Assembly: GCA_964187785.1 (NCBI GenBank) | Contig: OZ076409.1 | Coordinates: forward strand, 92,320,001-92,384,000 | DNA from: Amphiscolops sp. MND2022 | Taxonomy: Eukaryota | DNA: 64,000 bases | Reading direction: 5' to 3' | Part shown: positions 49,270 to 61,565 of the stretch, one piece after another | Numbering within the stretch: the first letter of the stretch is position 1 | How the letters are laid out: each line of letters starts with the position of its first letter | Program-made: the position numbers and the translations under genes | Notes under the pieces: model-generated | Told to the model about the DNA's origin: nothing | Databases searched by the model: none | Seen by the model: only the letters and a program-made list of their open reading frames with translations

Positions 49270-49805
49270 GTGGGCACAAACTACGATCTAAGGAATACGA
49301 TCGAAACGCACTTCTGTAACTAAGATCTAAAGAACAAAGATCTAAAAGTCACTTTCCGTAATTAAGATCTAGAGAATGCCAGCTGCCGAATCTTACCGAA
49401 AGTCTAAATTTTAGACGTTTTTCCCGTTATTCCCATTTTTTTGGTTGTTACGGGTAAGGTATAAAATGCTTTAAAGAATAAAACGTGAATCAGATATGTC
49501 CCCATTTTTTCTAGTGCCCTGCGGCCCCTTGTGGCCGCTTATGTTCCCATCTTGCTAAGCGAGGTCGAACAGGAGCAAAGACCAAGCGGGAACGGAGATC
49601 GCGAAGCGATCGTAGTGGGAGCTGGTCTTTGCGACGGTGAGGGCGAGCGTGCATACACCGTATATGAACCCACATTCTTCCTTAGACGTTATTCTAATTC
49701 AATTCAGACCTTAGTTACGGTGCATGCTTTTTAGATCTTAGTTCTTTAGATTTTAGTTACGAAATTTCTTTAGATCTTATTCCTTAGACCTTAGTTGCGG
49801 TCCCC
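49270..49805. mobile_element. MITE with AGATCT-iterated arms, nested in a CCAGTTTGTAGA-motif MITE (~49141-49830)
   Basis: 9-bp TSD GTATTCTAC (49261-49269, 49806-49814); inverted ends sharing TCTAAGGAATA. Confidence 0.8.
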
Positions 49806-50090
49806 GTATTCTACAAACTGGACCTAATTCGAACACGGCGCACCTACAAGTTCAAGAAATGGAAATTCAACAGTACATTCGCCGAAAGGACAGCAAGATT
49901 AATGAATGTTTCTCTCAACCGATCGAAAGCAAAACTCTGTGAATGTCTGTTTAATATGTATATATACTTATATAGATTCTACACAGCACCTAAATTGCGG
50001 GTTATTGTAACAATTATGTCTTAGGCACTTGGCATCAGTTCTGAGTAAATAAAGTAAAAGTTGAAGGTCTGTTAGTCATAGCCTCAAAAT

Positions 50091-53000
50091 TTATGAGTCT
50101 TTAGTAGTCGAGTACTCTTTTAAAAGTGTCGCTTCCTTTCTGTTCTTCTTTCGAAACGTCCAGAATCTATGATGAAATTTATCAGGTTCGTGGTCCAGGT
50201 AAGTGAATAGATGTTTCCTGCGGCAAAATGGGGCGCACGAAACTGCTCGTACAGGGGGCTGAAGAATAAGTAGTGCATGACTGATTCTGTCTCTACTCGA
50301 CAAGGGTAGAGCGGAGTCTCCGCTCGCCAAATTTTGTACGCATACTCTGCCAGTTCCACGTTGCAATTCAAAAGGAGCTTGTTGATAGTTTTTTTTAGGT
50401 GTCTGCTTGTCGTTTTTGGATACGTTCCAATTCAATTTGAGTGATTGACCAATCCAGTGGGGTAGTCGTGAGCGCGTTCTTGAATATTCTGTTCCATCTA
50501 CTTCTCAGGTACTCATAGCAAGTTGACACCGTGTAACAACTTATTGCTCCTGTGACTTTATAAAAATCGTCAATGAGGTTTTTATCGCTTTTTATTTCCG
50601 GCAATTGACATTTCCGATACAGTTTCCACAATATGTCCTGCTGTTGAGAGAGCTTGATTCCAAATTTAAAAGTGATTATGTCAATTTGTAATTGCATAGG
50701 CGGGAGACCGCACAGTATTTCTGCTGCCAACTGGTCGAATTTCTTACTTGTACCTATGATAAGTTTGAGCGCGGTGTATTGAAATCGGCTCAGTGCTTGA
50801 ACGTGTTTCCTGGCCCACACAGTGGCCGCGTACAGAAGTCGGAGGAGCACTAGAGTTTTGTAAAGCTTTATGAGCGTTGCTTGCCTTAGACCCCAATTAG
50901 AGCCGCAAAACTTTTTAAATATGTTCAGCTGTTTAGCAACTTTCCCTTCTACCTGCTGTAGATGTTCGTTGAAATTCAGTTTGTCGTCCACAATCAATCC
51001 CAGGAATTTTGTGCTTCTGGCGACCTTACATGCCACGCCGAAAAACGTCGGAGCGTGAGGGTACTCAGTGTTGAGGTAGATTATTGACGTCTTGGCACCA
51101 TTTACTGCGAGCCTCCAATTTTTACACCACCGTTCCAGTTGTTTTAGAATAACTTGACAGCTTAGGTAGACTTGGGATTCAGTGTATCCTGTCACTAGGA
51201 GGTTTCCATCGTCAGCGAATTTGAACTTCTTACAGTTGAGGTTTTTAAACATGTCGGAAACGAAAAAAATGAACCGAATTGGTGATAACACACTACCTTG
51301 TGGAAGTCCATCTTTGACTCCAATGTATTGGCTTCTCAGGTTACCGATTTCTATGCTGAGTTGTCGGCTTTTCAAAATACTTTCATTCAGTTTAATGAAT
51401 TTACCTCTAACTCCCGATTGATAGAGTTTTTGGAGCAGTCCATTGATCTATACGGAATCGAAGGCCTTCTCAAAGTCGATGGATATCAAGGCACAACTTT
51501 TCCTGCTCATTTTCACTTGTTGACATTCCATTTTCAACCTATACAACGACCTAACTGTGCTCTTGTGGGACTGAAAGCCTTCCTGCACTTCGTCTAACAG
51601 GTTGAATTTTTTGAAGAAGCTTCTCAACCTGGCATCCAATAATCTTTCCACAATTTTTCCGATTTAGCTGGAGATTGTCATCGGCCGATATGCTGACGGT
51701 GTCGTGTAGTCTGTTTTACCTTGCATCCTCAAAAATATCACTTTTGAATGATTCCACGGCCAGTGATTTTCATTCAGTGTTTTGTTTGCAATGTGAAGAA
51801 GGACTTCTTTATATCGGGGTCCTGCGTACTTGATCATTTTGGGATGGATGTTGTCGTTATCGAGAGACTTTCCCGATGTTTTCAAAAAACGCAGAATGTA
51901 GTCCAGTTCTTTGGAGGTGAGGTCGCAGTTAAACCACCTATCACTTTCTAATTCGGGTCTTTCGGAATGTAGGGATTGTTGTAAAGTATTCTCTACTTGT
52001 AGCTTGAATTCTTCGTTGAAGCTGAGTTTCTCCAAATGCTTTCCAGTGAAAAAAGTTTCACGAAATATATCTGCTTTGTCTTTTTCAGCAGAGTGGAATT
52101 TGTTCCCTTTGAACAACGGGGAAACTCCAGCATCTTCCTTGTCCGTCAAAAGCTTATTGACGCGCTTCCAAAATTCTTTTGAGTGTCTTTCGTTAACGTC
52201 TTCGATGGAGCTTTTGAAGTGTTCGTTTGCTTTATCCTTTACCTGATTTTGAAAGGATTGTTGAAGTTCTCTCAAAAGCTTGAGGTTTTGCGCAGAGCTA
52301 CGGTATCGGTAATTTTTCCGTGCCTTACGGAGCTCTCGTTTTTTCGAACTTAGTTCTTCGCACCAAAACGGTTTCGAGAAGCAACAGACCTTCTTCACTG
52401 GAATATGTTGTTCTGAAGCAGTTTGAAGCGCTTCTTTCAGTAGCAACCATGAGGAATTGCCGTCCATTGTCTTGAAATCTATCCTTTCTGTTAGAAGGCT
52501 TTCTACACACTCGTATAATCCTTCCCAATTGGCGTTCTTTAGATATTTTTTAAGTTTGACTTCTTTTGTGTCTTCTCTTTTCATATTCAGCCATACGGGA
52601 AGGTGTCCCCTCGTCAGAGCACCAGTGAATAATTCTGTCTCGTGGTCTACCATTATGAAGTTTGTAGTTTCAGTTATTCCCTCTGACGTGATAAAAAGGT
52701 CGATAACACTGCTCCCGTTGGTAGACACAAAAGTGGGTTGTCCGTCGTTGATGACATTTAGCACTCTGGAGGAGTCGTGTAGTGTGTTCACTAAAGTTCT
52801 GTCGTGCTCATTCGTTGATCTATCTCCCCACATTGGGTGTCTATCATTAATGTCACCCGCTAGCAGAAGTTCGAGGTTGTGTCTAGTGGAAAAGGCCGCC
52901 GCTTCCTCGAGTTGACTGATGAAACTTTGTAGTTTCTGTGAGCTGGTTGGTGGTATGTAGACGGTTCCCAGTAACATTGGTATTCTGTTGATAGTGACAA

Positions 53001-53262
53001 TGGCCGAGACAGAGTCAATCAGGGCGTTGAAGATTTTCGGTACGTGTGTGATATCTTTCCTGACTAAAATAGAAACTCCTTCCTGACCGGTCGTCCCACA
53101 GTAGCTAATGGCAGAATAATTATTGATTTCATGTGCTGCTAGTTCTCCGTGTGTCTCCGTTAAAATCACTGCATGGGGTTTTCCTTGGTTCAGGTAAAAA
53201 GATAAAGCGGTTGAGCTATGACTGCTTAACCCTGCCATGTTTACTTGCATTATGCGGGCCAT
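50091..53262 (-). pseudogene. LINE ORF2: AP endonuclease, RT, C-terminal Cys/His domain
   Basis: QVNMAGL, LTETH, GDIN, SVIDLF, GHLPV; YRPMTISS, DFEKAFDSV, GLPQGSVLSP, FADD; C...ESVMHYLF; two in-frame stops and one frameshift; no RNase H seen. Confidence 0.93.
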
Positions 53263-53283
53263 TTGTTCTCAGTGATAAGTCTG

Positions 53284-54560
53284 TCAATTTTGTCTTGTAA
53301 TTGTTTTGGTAGGGGTACCGATCAGCTCTGATTTCAACTTCTCCAAAGTCTTCAGGTAGACAGGGCATTCTTTCGATGCTGAAGAGTGTTGTTCCAGACA
53401 GTTGACACATTTGTAGTTTTGTTCCGGTTGGTGACAGCTATCGGTATAATGATTTTCCGCGCATTTACCACATTTTTGACCCAATTTGCAAGATGGTGCT
53501 ATATGGCCGAATTTCTGGAAGTTGAAGCATCTGGTCACGTGAATATCTGTTTTCTCGATGTATTCGGTAGGTCTGAAGAACAGCTGGTTGACAAAAAGGC
53601 CGTTTGCTAATGCTGTCTCTAACATAGCTCTTTCTTGTAAGTCAACTTTGACTGTGGTCATTTTGGCATTAGCAGGCTTTTTGGTGAAACATCTGATTGT
53701 GACCTTTTCAATGTCTGTGTGGAGTTGCTCTGAGATTTGTTCCGCCAGTGTCTCTTCGCTAATTCCTGTGTCGACTCCTCTTATAATTAGAGCATTTTGC
53801 CGGCGTTTTGCTCTGGGGTTTGTGACACTAGTGTCTGTACCCATGGCATCTTTATTCCACTTTTGCATTATATCCGCTGCTGTGTCTGCGGAATCAAATT
53901 CCAGATGGATCTTTCCTCTACTGTTCCTGAAAGCGTGGGTCAGTTTTTCATTTGGGAAATGTTTGGCGAACGCCTTTTTGATATCCATACTGTTGGCAAG
54001 GCCGCTGTCTGAGTTTTCCACAAGAAGTATCTGCTCGATGGACAGCGAAGCTTTCTCTTCTATGGGCTCCGATAGCATGGCTGCGCATTTGGCTGCGTAA
54101 GTCATTTTGTGTTGCATTAGTGTATTGCTGTGCTGTTGAATTTTTCTGTTCACCTCCACCAATGTAGGTTTGAGGCCTGTAACTGTTGACTCGCATGCAG
54201 TACAAGCCTCCTGAATGCCCTCAATTCTTTCAAAAGTTTCGGAAGCTAAAGATTCGCTTTGTGCAATCCCATCTGCGACGATGTCTTTGATTGTCATGAC
54301 GTTTTTTTCAAGTTCAAGACGCAAGTTTGGCAACCCAGATTGGATCGTGGTTTTCACTGTCGGTCTGCATTGTTTACCAAACCACAATGCCCCGTCAGTT
54401 TCGTTTATCTCAACAATCTGTTGTTTTGTGAGTCCCACGCAATTGCCGTGGGACCATTTCTCACAGGAGTCGCAAAAAATGCCGGCCCGTTTCCAATTGT
54501 ATTAGGGCAACTGATGCATATCCTTGTTTTGTTGATTTTCTTTTTGTTACGGTCACTCAT
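53284..54560 (-). pseudogene. LINE ORF1: PHD finger, coiled coil, RRM-like region, three CCHC knuckles
   Basis: ATG at 54560; CISC...CDSCEKWSHGNC...WFGKQC with a 1-nt frameshift near 54478; RCFNFQKFGHIAPSC, CGKCAENH...C, CVNCLEQH...C. Confidence 0.85.
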
Positions 54561-54613
54561 TGTTTGGCTATTCAACGAAGGTACCTACTGAGAGACTGAA
54601 GTCCCTGAGGCCC

Positions 54614-55252
54614 CTAAGCTAAATAGACAATTTTGATTAGCTTACTTTCAACAGACGACTGTTTTTGTTTTTTTTGGATCTTCTTCCGTCTTCTTTGCGA
54701 TGGTCGGTTTTTCGAGAGGGATCGTTTTTTGCGGATCAGATTTCTCAGGTTGTATTGGTTCTTCAGTATAGTATGTAGTAATTTGCGGCCAGTCCCGATA
54801 TTTGGGTGTAATTTCCGAAGATCAGCAATGAAATTCGGGTTGTTCCTTTTTCGAGTTGACGTGAGGCGCGTCTTCACGTCCAGAATAAGAATCCCCGTGC
54901 TCTTCAACTTTTGCAGGATGTTTGGTGAAATTGCCCGTTGGACGTAAAGAATAGCTTCTATTCTGTTCTTGAACGAACACAGGATGTCCAACAATTTTTT
55001 TGTCTGGCAGGGTCTGTTACGGTTGCTGCGATGTTTGGAAATGGAGTTGCTGATCACGTCGTGCCAAATAACCAACTTTCCCGTTTTACTTCTTAGTAAG
55101 AAGTTTTGGAGTTTTTTCCTAGGGTCATGGGCTTGTGGGTTTAAAGATGGGCCACGAATTGCCAGAATATTTCTTTTCAGTCCCTTCTGCTTGAGGCGTT
55201 CTAATGAATTGAAAGCGTTGTCTAAGCAGCGTGCGCCTACAAGAAAGACCAT
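54614..55252 (-). CDS. LINE ORF0: SGNH/GDSL esterase-like protein with basic tail
   Basis: MVFLVGAR (block I-like), AIRG (II), LVIWHDVISNS (III), LHPNIG (V) in the expected order; RKKRS...RRRKK tail. Confidence 0.55.
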   Translation of the reverse strand: MVFLVGARCLDNAFNSLERLKQKGLKRNILAIRGPSLNPQAHDPRKKLQNFLLRSKTGKLVIWHDVISNSISKHRSNRNRPCQTKKLLDILCSFKNRIEAILYVQRAISPNILQKLKSTGILILDVKTRLTSTRKRNNPNFIADLRKLHPNIGTGRKLLHTILKNQYNLRNLIRKKRSLSKNRPSQRRRKKIQKKQKQSSVESKLIKIVYLA

Positions 55253-55967
55253 GTATAAAGGTAGATAAAGGAACGAACTAACAGGATAGAGTTGAGCCTG
55301 TAGCCTTTTTGCAAACCAGTCATGGTCCAATCCAGGTCCGCAGGCGATCAACGTGTCTGCAACTGATGCTCTTGTAACCGTTTGCAAAGCAGTCAAGGTC
55401 CAATCCAGGTCCACAAGATCGGAAGATGTGTCCAGCAACGAGATGTGCGTTCACTTTCAATCAACGTCTCTGAAACTATTTATTAAGTTTATCACAACAA
55501 TTAGGCTAGTTTGTCACAACAAACTTAAAGTCATTTCTTTCCGCCTGCGTCAAAAAATTTTCGGTTGAAAACATGCTCCTGGTTTATTCCTTGTAATTGT
55601 CCGAATTCTCGGTGCTGAGTGCTGGTTATGTCCTTAATATAGCCTTTTATTTATAGTAAAAGGAAATTAATTCACATACTACTACTTCTAAGACGGGGGA
55701 AGACCCCCTTCATTGACTTTTCTAATGAAACCCTCCTGAAAAACTCTGAAAAGCCCTGCGAAGTCAGAGAAATCGTATAACTTTATCTCGACTTTAAAGA
55801 ATAACCAGAGCTGCAGATTATAAATACTTTGAGACCAAAAGTTAGATAATCGATTAGCGAAGATTTTTTTTTGGCATAAAGTTATGTTCAAAGCTTCTTA
55901 CATGGCCTTTTTTAACGAATTGTTACAAGTACGAATGCAAAAACACCTGGAGAATACTGAATGACCA

Positions 55968-56370
55968 CGGAAATGGGTAAACAGCTGGTGTGGGATGTCA
56001 CGGTTGTTGATGCTCTAGCACCCAGTCGCCTGGATCAAGGCTCTTTATGCAACCCGGGAACCACCGCCACCGAGACTGAAGCGCGTAAAATTGAGAAGTA
56101 TCGCGAATTAATAGACAATGGATACTTTTTTCAGCCAGTGGCCTTGGAAGTACAGGGTTCTTTAGGCGAGAGCAGTGAAATTTTCATCACGCGTCTCTGT
56201 AAAATGCTGTCGTTCGCACGACGATCAACGAGCTGGCAGCTTTTTGAAGCAACGGATTTCAATGGCTCTTCAGATCGGCAATGCGGCCTGTGTTCTAGGT
56301 ACTGTGAGCGACAGAGATGCGTTCGAAGAAATTTATTACATATAGCCTAATTTTTTTGACCTTTATATCA
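55968..56370 (+). mobile_element. 5'-truncated CRE-like non-LTR retrotransposon, restriction-like endonuclease domain
   Basis: WDVTVVD...EARKIEKY...FQPVALEVQGSLG, then LKQRISMALQIGNAACVLGT after a frameshift. Confidence 0.8.
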
Positions 56371-58922
56371 AAGCAGCTTTTTAAACAATTCCACCTGTCG
56401 ACTGCATAGTGGCTGGTTTGAGTAGTTTAATGGTTGTTTTTTTTGTTACTGGGATAGTGGCTGGTATGGGGTTCCCTACTTTCGTTGCAGACCACGGGTG
56501 TGTGTCTTCTCCCCCCAACATGATACACATGGCACTTGATTGATGACGAAGATCCATGATATCTGGTAGAAGAGAAAAAAAAGACGGAAATGGATGAATT
56601 TGTTTTATGAACTATTGGGCCTTGTTGCCCTTCCAATTTAGGAGAAACTCTTCAATATTATTATAACTTTTACACGTTATTCGCCCCTAGCCCATAGTCT
56701 TCATTCTTTCAACAGTTTGAAAACATTTCCCTCATGACACGGAGGCGATGACGGAATCAGGTCCTCGACGACAAACTATATCATCCTAGAGGAAACCGTC
56801 TTTCTCCTTTCCTTTTGTCAATTTTTGCTCACCTTAGCATTTCATTAGCATCATAAACTTTTGCTCCTTTTTGTTTGGAAATAAATATCTTCAGGAGCGA
56901 TGGCCAGTAGCAATAATTCAAGGTATACTTCATTTGGGAAGAAGGGGAAGCAATCAGAAAGTTCTGAGTTAACTGAGTGTGCAAATTTTTTACAACTGCA
57001 ATGGAACCGATGTGAGAAGCACTGCAAAGAAAATGGCGGAATTCTTTTCTATAAAGAAAAACAACCGGCGAGTAAACCAATCGTCCCTTTTAACCTAGAA
57101 GCGTGGCTGCTCCGGCAAAAGAGTTGGGATAAAACAAACAAATAACCATACTGCTACGAAATGTTTCGACAACCGAATGGCCGAGCGTCGTGGAATCGTG
57201 AAAACGGGAGATGTTTCTGTCTGAAAGAGATAAAAACTAAGCCTGAAAACCAAAACATTACATATCTTTTATTGCAACTATTCAGCAGAATACCTGATGC
57301 TTTCTAAGTCTAAGGTGTTTTTCAGAATGGAGAAATTCTGGACGGACTACGTTAAAGATGAATAATGTGATTCAAGTATCATTAGCTTCAGTTTAGATTT
57401 TATACTTCTCCATCTTTGTATTTTTTAGTAATAATATCTCGTTGATTTTGATTTTTCATAATTTTGGAGAAAGTGTTTGCCTTACTGCAATACGTTTATC
57501 TCTAGTTTCTCTAGAATCAAGGTGCTATTGGGCTAGGTGCTGAAATATGATGAGCGTTATTGCAGGAAACAAGAGGCTTAGTAAAACATGCTAAAAGCGT
57601 GAGACACTCGGCCTTTATTGGTCTGAAGTATGTAAAAAATTCCTGACATAACGCCCTTATGAAAAATTTTGAAAGGTTTCTAAGACAATTTTATACATGG
57701 TCGATATTGGGACCTTTTCGAAAAGGATACTCAAATGTTTTTAGGTTTCTTTAAAATTCCGTCTCCACATATGGCTCTCCCCGAATATCGGCCTTGTTTT
57801 TTTCCTAATTTTGCCATCGCAACTACCATTAATATAGATCCGTGTCTTATCGGTATCTGTGGAGATATTCCACCTTTCTATTTGAAACAGTGCCAAAATG
57901 TTCCATTTTGACCCTTTTATCCAAATTGCATACGGCTTTCAGATAGCGCTTTCGTTAAAAAACGAGTCTCAGGGGTACTCTTTCGGGTATTTTTGGAACT
58001 GAGAATGATGAGAGTTTTCTCAATATTTGTCCTTGAGCATTTCGAAGCATCGCTCTATTTGAGCTTCAAGCAATGCGCCGACTAGGGCCGTACAGTAGGG
58101 AAAGTGCGTTCTTCAAGCTTAGAGGATTTTGCTTTTTCTTCTTTACACAGTTCAATAACTTTTAGTGTCTTTTCTCTCTTCTTTCTTCCCTTCTTCTTAC
58201 TCACCTTTGAATTCTCTTACTCATACATTTCAAAGGAACGCGTGCATCGAGACTACCAGTCGGTAGGTTGATAATGTTTCAAATGCCCATAACACCCAAA
58301 TGGCGAGGATGGCTCAAATTGTTGGTTGGCGATGCGCCGATCTAAACGCCCGTAGACAAAGAACGGAACAACGAAGAAGAGCAAACTATTCGCCCTCATG
58401 TAACTTTTTGCATCTGATGAGCCTACTGAACTTTCTCTGAGTCTGGTCACACTCGTCGTTGATAGCCTTTGGACGCATTTGCTAATGTCGCATTTGATAA
58501 CAGCCTCCCTCGTTGTAATGCAGTGACTGCGAAAGACTGAACACTTCTCCACTGGGACCCTTTGTCGGCGTTTTCAGTGGCACTTCAAGCTAGACCTCCG
58601 CGAAATTATTTTTGCTAGATCGAAGATCAGCCAGTTCGACGCACATCTTTCGATCCCTGAACCTAGCGCGGTCAACGTTCTCTAGAAAGGATCCCATTTT
58701 TCTAGACCAGTTCAATTTTTTGCTCGGTCTTCGGGTTGCGCTATGTTTATTCCGTCGTCTCCCCTTGGTTTAAAACGTTCATCAGTAATTTGACGTTTTG
58801 CGATTATCGCTGGCATCAGGTCCTTTTTCTTTATTTTCCTACATTTCAACAAAATTAGGTGTTACAAACGTAAACGTCTTTAATGGAGTCCTTTTGCGGA
58901 GCAGCGAAAACTCGAGCATTTA

Positions 58923-59110
58923 CAGTCAAACTCGCAGAAAAGAAACCCAGCGAACTGTAAGGAAATAGTTTCTTTTATCCATAGTTTCTTTAATCAGTTG
59001 TCCTATCAACTCGTAGAAGGTTTGTTTTGCATAAAAGTGGAGGATTGAAAACGTTTCTTATATCCAAATGTCTCTTTTTTACCGGTGTTTCTTTTATCCG
59101 AGTTCACCTG
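58923..59110. mobile_element. Tc1/mariner-pogo-type MITE
   Basis: TA-CAGTCAAACTCG...CGAGTTCACCTG-TA; homologous to 62999-63182. Confidence 0.8.
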
Positions 59111-59162
59111 TAAATTGTTTTTAGTCGGCACGTTTTCCTTCAAGAAAAAATATACCACTTTT

Positions 59163-59230
59163 TGGTGCGGAGGTTAATCAGAATAGTTGCAATCCAGCTG
59201 TCGCGGGTTCGAGCCTCTGCTTCAGCCCGC
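59163..59230 (+). other. Possible tRNA-derived SINE head
   Basis: B-box GGTTCGAGCC with a weak upstream A-box; no complete cloverleaf. Confidence 0.3.
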
Positions 59231-59827
59231 AATTTTGTCGTGTTTTTGCACTTCACTAAAGAGAAGGTGGAGTTGGTCAGTTGATTAAACCATTAACGTT
59301 AAATTCATTAATTTTTCATCGAACTGGTATTCATCGCAAAAAAACATCTGTCGAAAATAATTATGAAAAAAAAGAATTTCGAAAATGGAAGCTTTGTTGA
59401 ATACAGGAATCCAAAACAATTGAAATAGTTTTGACAGTTCATCTAACAGAAACTGATTTTCATTCAAATAGTAGTGTTAATGTGAATTAAAGTATTAAGT
59501 GAAAACCTATTAGCGTTAAAATGCTTTTTACCATTTTGCTTTCAGAAAGTTTATGGTTAAAGGCTTTTAACAATGTAACACTTGTACCCTATTACAAATA
59601 GCGAAGCTAAACTTTTAACAATTTTCGTCTTTTGATCGTGATGTCGTTCGTACAATCGAGTGAATTTTGGTAAAGCTTGTTTGCGGCGTTTCTGAAGCCA
59701 GCATTAAACAAGCAATCATTTATGAAGAAGACAGTTCCCTTGTCTCGGTCGTATGCACAACATTTCATTTTGCTTCTAATTTAATCTAGAAATTCAAAAT
59801 TTTAGTGAGGCAATGAATGATTGAAGA

Positions 59828-60559
59828 ATGCCAAGAGGTGTGGGAATAGCCGGGCTGCAGAAAAATGCACAGAACAAAGCGCGATTCCAAGAAAAGGGAG
59901 CCGAATTGGCGGCAGATCAGTTGCAACATATGATCAAGCAGATGGGAGTTTTCAAGACAAACTTGGAAGAGTTTGCAGTCAAGCACAGAACTGAATTGAA
60001 ACAGAATTCTGAGTTTCGCGCTTACTTCCAACAAATGTGTGCTCAAATAGGTGTTGACCCTCTCGCTTCCAGCAAAGGCTACTGGGCTCAAACATTGGGA
60101 GTTGGTGACTATTATTACGAACTTGGAGTCCAGATTATAGAAGTTTGCATGGCTACGAGACCTGTGAATGGAGGCCTAATTCAAATGGTCGATTTGCGAA
60201 ATCGATTGAACAAAAATAGAAGAAAAGATAATTTGGTATCTGATGACGACATAGTCAGAGCCATTGGCAAGTTGAAAAAATTGGGCGCTGGTTTCTCTCT
60301 TATTCCCATCAACAAAACTTATTTTATCCAGTCTGTGCCCGGAGAACTTAACATGGATCATACAACTATTCTGGGTCTGGCTGAGAAAAACCATGGCTGT
60401 GTTACCAGTAGCTATCTGAGAGAAAATAACCTCAATTGGACAGAGCAGCGTTTGGAAAGAGTTTTTGAATATCTTCTGAAAGAGGAGCTCGTTTGGATTG
60501 ATAAACAAGGAGCTGAATATAGTTATTGGTTCCCCAATTTATTTTTGAATGAAAAGTAG
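59828..60559 (+). CDS. SNF8: ESCRT-II subunit SNF8/Vps22/EAP30
   Basis: RGVGIAG...LEEFA...[19 protein letters not shown]...[18 protein letters not shown]...[11 protein letters not shown]...WIDKQ...YWFP; full length in one ORF. Confidence 0.97.
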   Translation: MPRGVGIAGLQKNAQNKARFQEKGAELAADQLQHMIKQMGVFKTNLEEFAVKHRTELKQNSEFRAYFQQMCAQIGVDPLASSKGYWAQTLGVGDYYYELGVQIIEVCMATRPVNGGLIQMVDLRNRLNKNRRKDNLVSDDDIVRAIGKLKKLGAGFSLIPINKTYFIQSVPGELNMDHTTILGLAEKNHGCVTSSYLRENNLNWTEQRLERVFEYLLKEELVWIDKQGAEYSYWFPNLFLNEK

Positions 60560-60599
60560 ATAAATTGATTTTTATTAGTTTCTAGTTTTAGCCGAACTT

Positions 60600-60847
60600 T
60601 TCGAAGGAAAGTCTCACAAAGCCGAAAAGGGCGAGGGAAGTCTCATAGTGCCGAAAAAAATGGAAAGGGGGAAACCTTCTGCTTTGGAATGGTTTTGTAT
60701 TTCATGCTGGATGCGTTCAAAATGAAGTACTAAGTACTTATGGTAAAAGTGCACAATGCACAAAAAGTTGACCGATGGCGTTGAACTGACGAAAAAAAAA
60801 CTAGCCACTGTAAGAGTCGCATTTTCTTCGAAAACGCCGACTAAAAA
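60600..60847. mobile_element. HINE-like element, partial
   Basis: Shares the terminal CACTGTAAGAGTCG...CGCCGACTAAAAA with the other copies. Confidence 0.65.
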
Positions 60848-61565
60848 CACCATGGTAGGCGGTTGAAGAAAAATACTTTCAAAAAGCGTTCATTAAAAAA
60901 ATGTAAGGGCCGGGCATCTTCGGAAGTTTTCCGATCGAAAAAATTTTCCAATGAAGCACATCTGAAAGTTGCTTGTACAAATAATTCAGTTCTCTTAGAA
61001 TCTCAACAAGCACAATCGAAGTGTGATAGGTTGCAGATGATTGATTACACACCGTGATTATCACATACAGTGCCGTGATTAAAAAACGGAACCCTGTTCG
61101 GTAATTAAGTGTAGTGTTTAGAACGCCTCATGATTTTGCGATTTTCTTTAAAACTGTCCAATTTCCAAAATATGGTAGAAACAAAAGTTTCTGGGATTTT
61201 TGTCTTGTTGACATTCCTCTATCCGGAGAAGTCTCACCACCAGTATAAGAAAAGTTTACAAATAATAACTTGCAATTGTAAATCAAGTTGCAGGGTCTAA
61301 AGAATTCTGATTTCGAGAAAAGTATATATTGTCAGATTCGAAATGTTCGTGAGAATTTTTCTGTCAAAATTATTTCGAAATCGAAAAATTATAAGGGGTC
61401 AAAACTTCAAAAAACTAAAAAGCTTTATTCTGGAAGCAATGAATTGAGCGCGTGAGACCTAAGTTACCCAATGAGGTCTGTTTATTTGCTCTTTCCGCGT
61501 GCTTATGTTACTTTTATTAATATCACTACTTCAGTCATTATTGATTTTTTTTGATGTAATTCAAG

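Larger units (their letters stand above)
44400..50060 (+). mobile_element. Decayed CR1/L2-like LINE ORF2 interrupted by nested insertions
   Basis: Fragments FNNCFVSV, KWKQS...KPVALLSTVSKIFD, VPQGSLLGPLIF, EKDLGVTINDKLSW, LEKIENFQ; AATAAA near 50048. Confidence 0.7.
50061..55490 (-). mobile_element. Near full-length APE-type LINE (I/Jockey group) with three tandem ORFs
   Basis: ORF0, ORF1 and ORF2 co-oriented with 53-bp and 21-bp spacers; outer boundaries approximate and no TSD found. Confidence 0.85.

Noticed and set aside
56427..58830. Short ORFs upstream of SNF8 as genes
   Set aside because: Short, without recognisable motifs or a coherent exon chain
59163..59230. Functional tRNA gene
   Set aside because: Only a B-box is clear; acceptor and anticodon stems do not pair
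59828..60559. Functional link between SNF8 (ESCRT-II) and the enveloped retroelement
   Set aside because: They are 44 kb apart in a eukaryotic genome and separated by unrelated insertions; proximity carries no evidence
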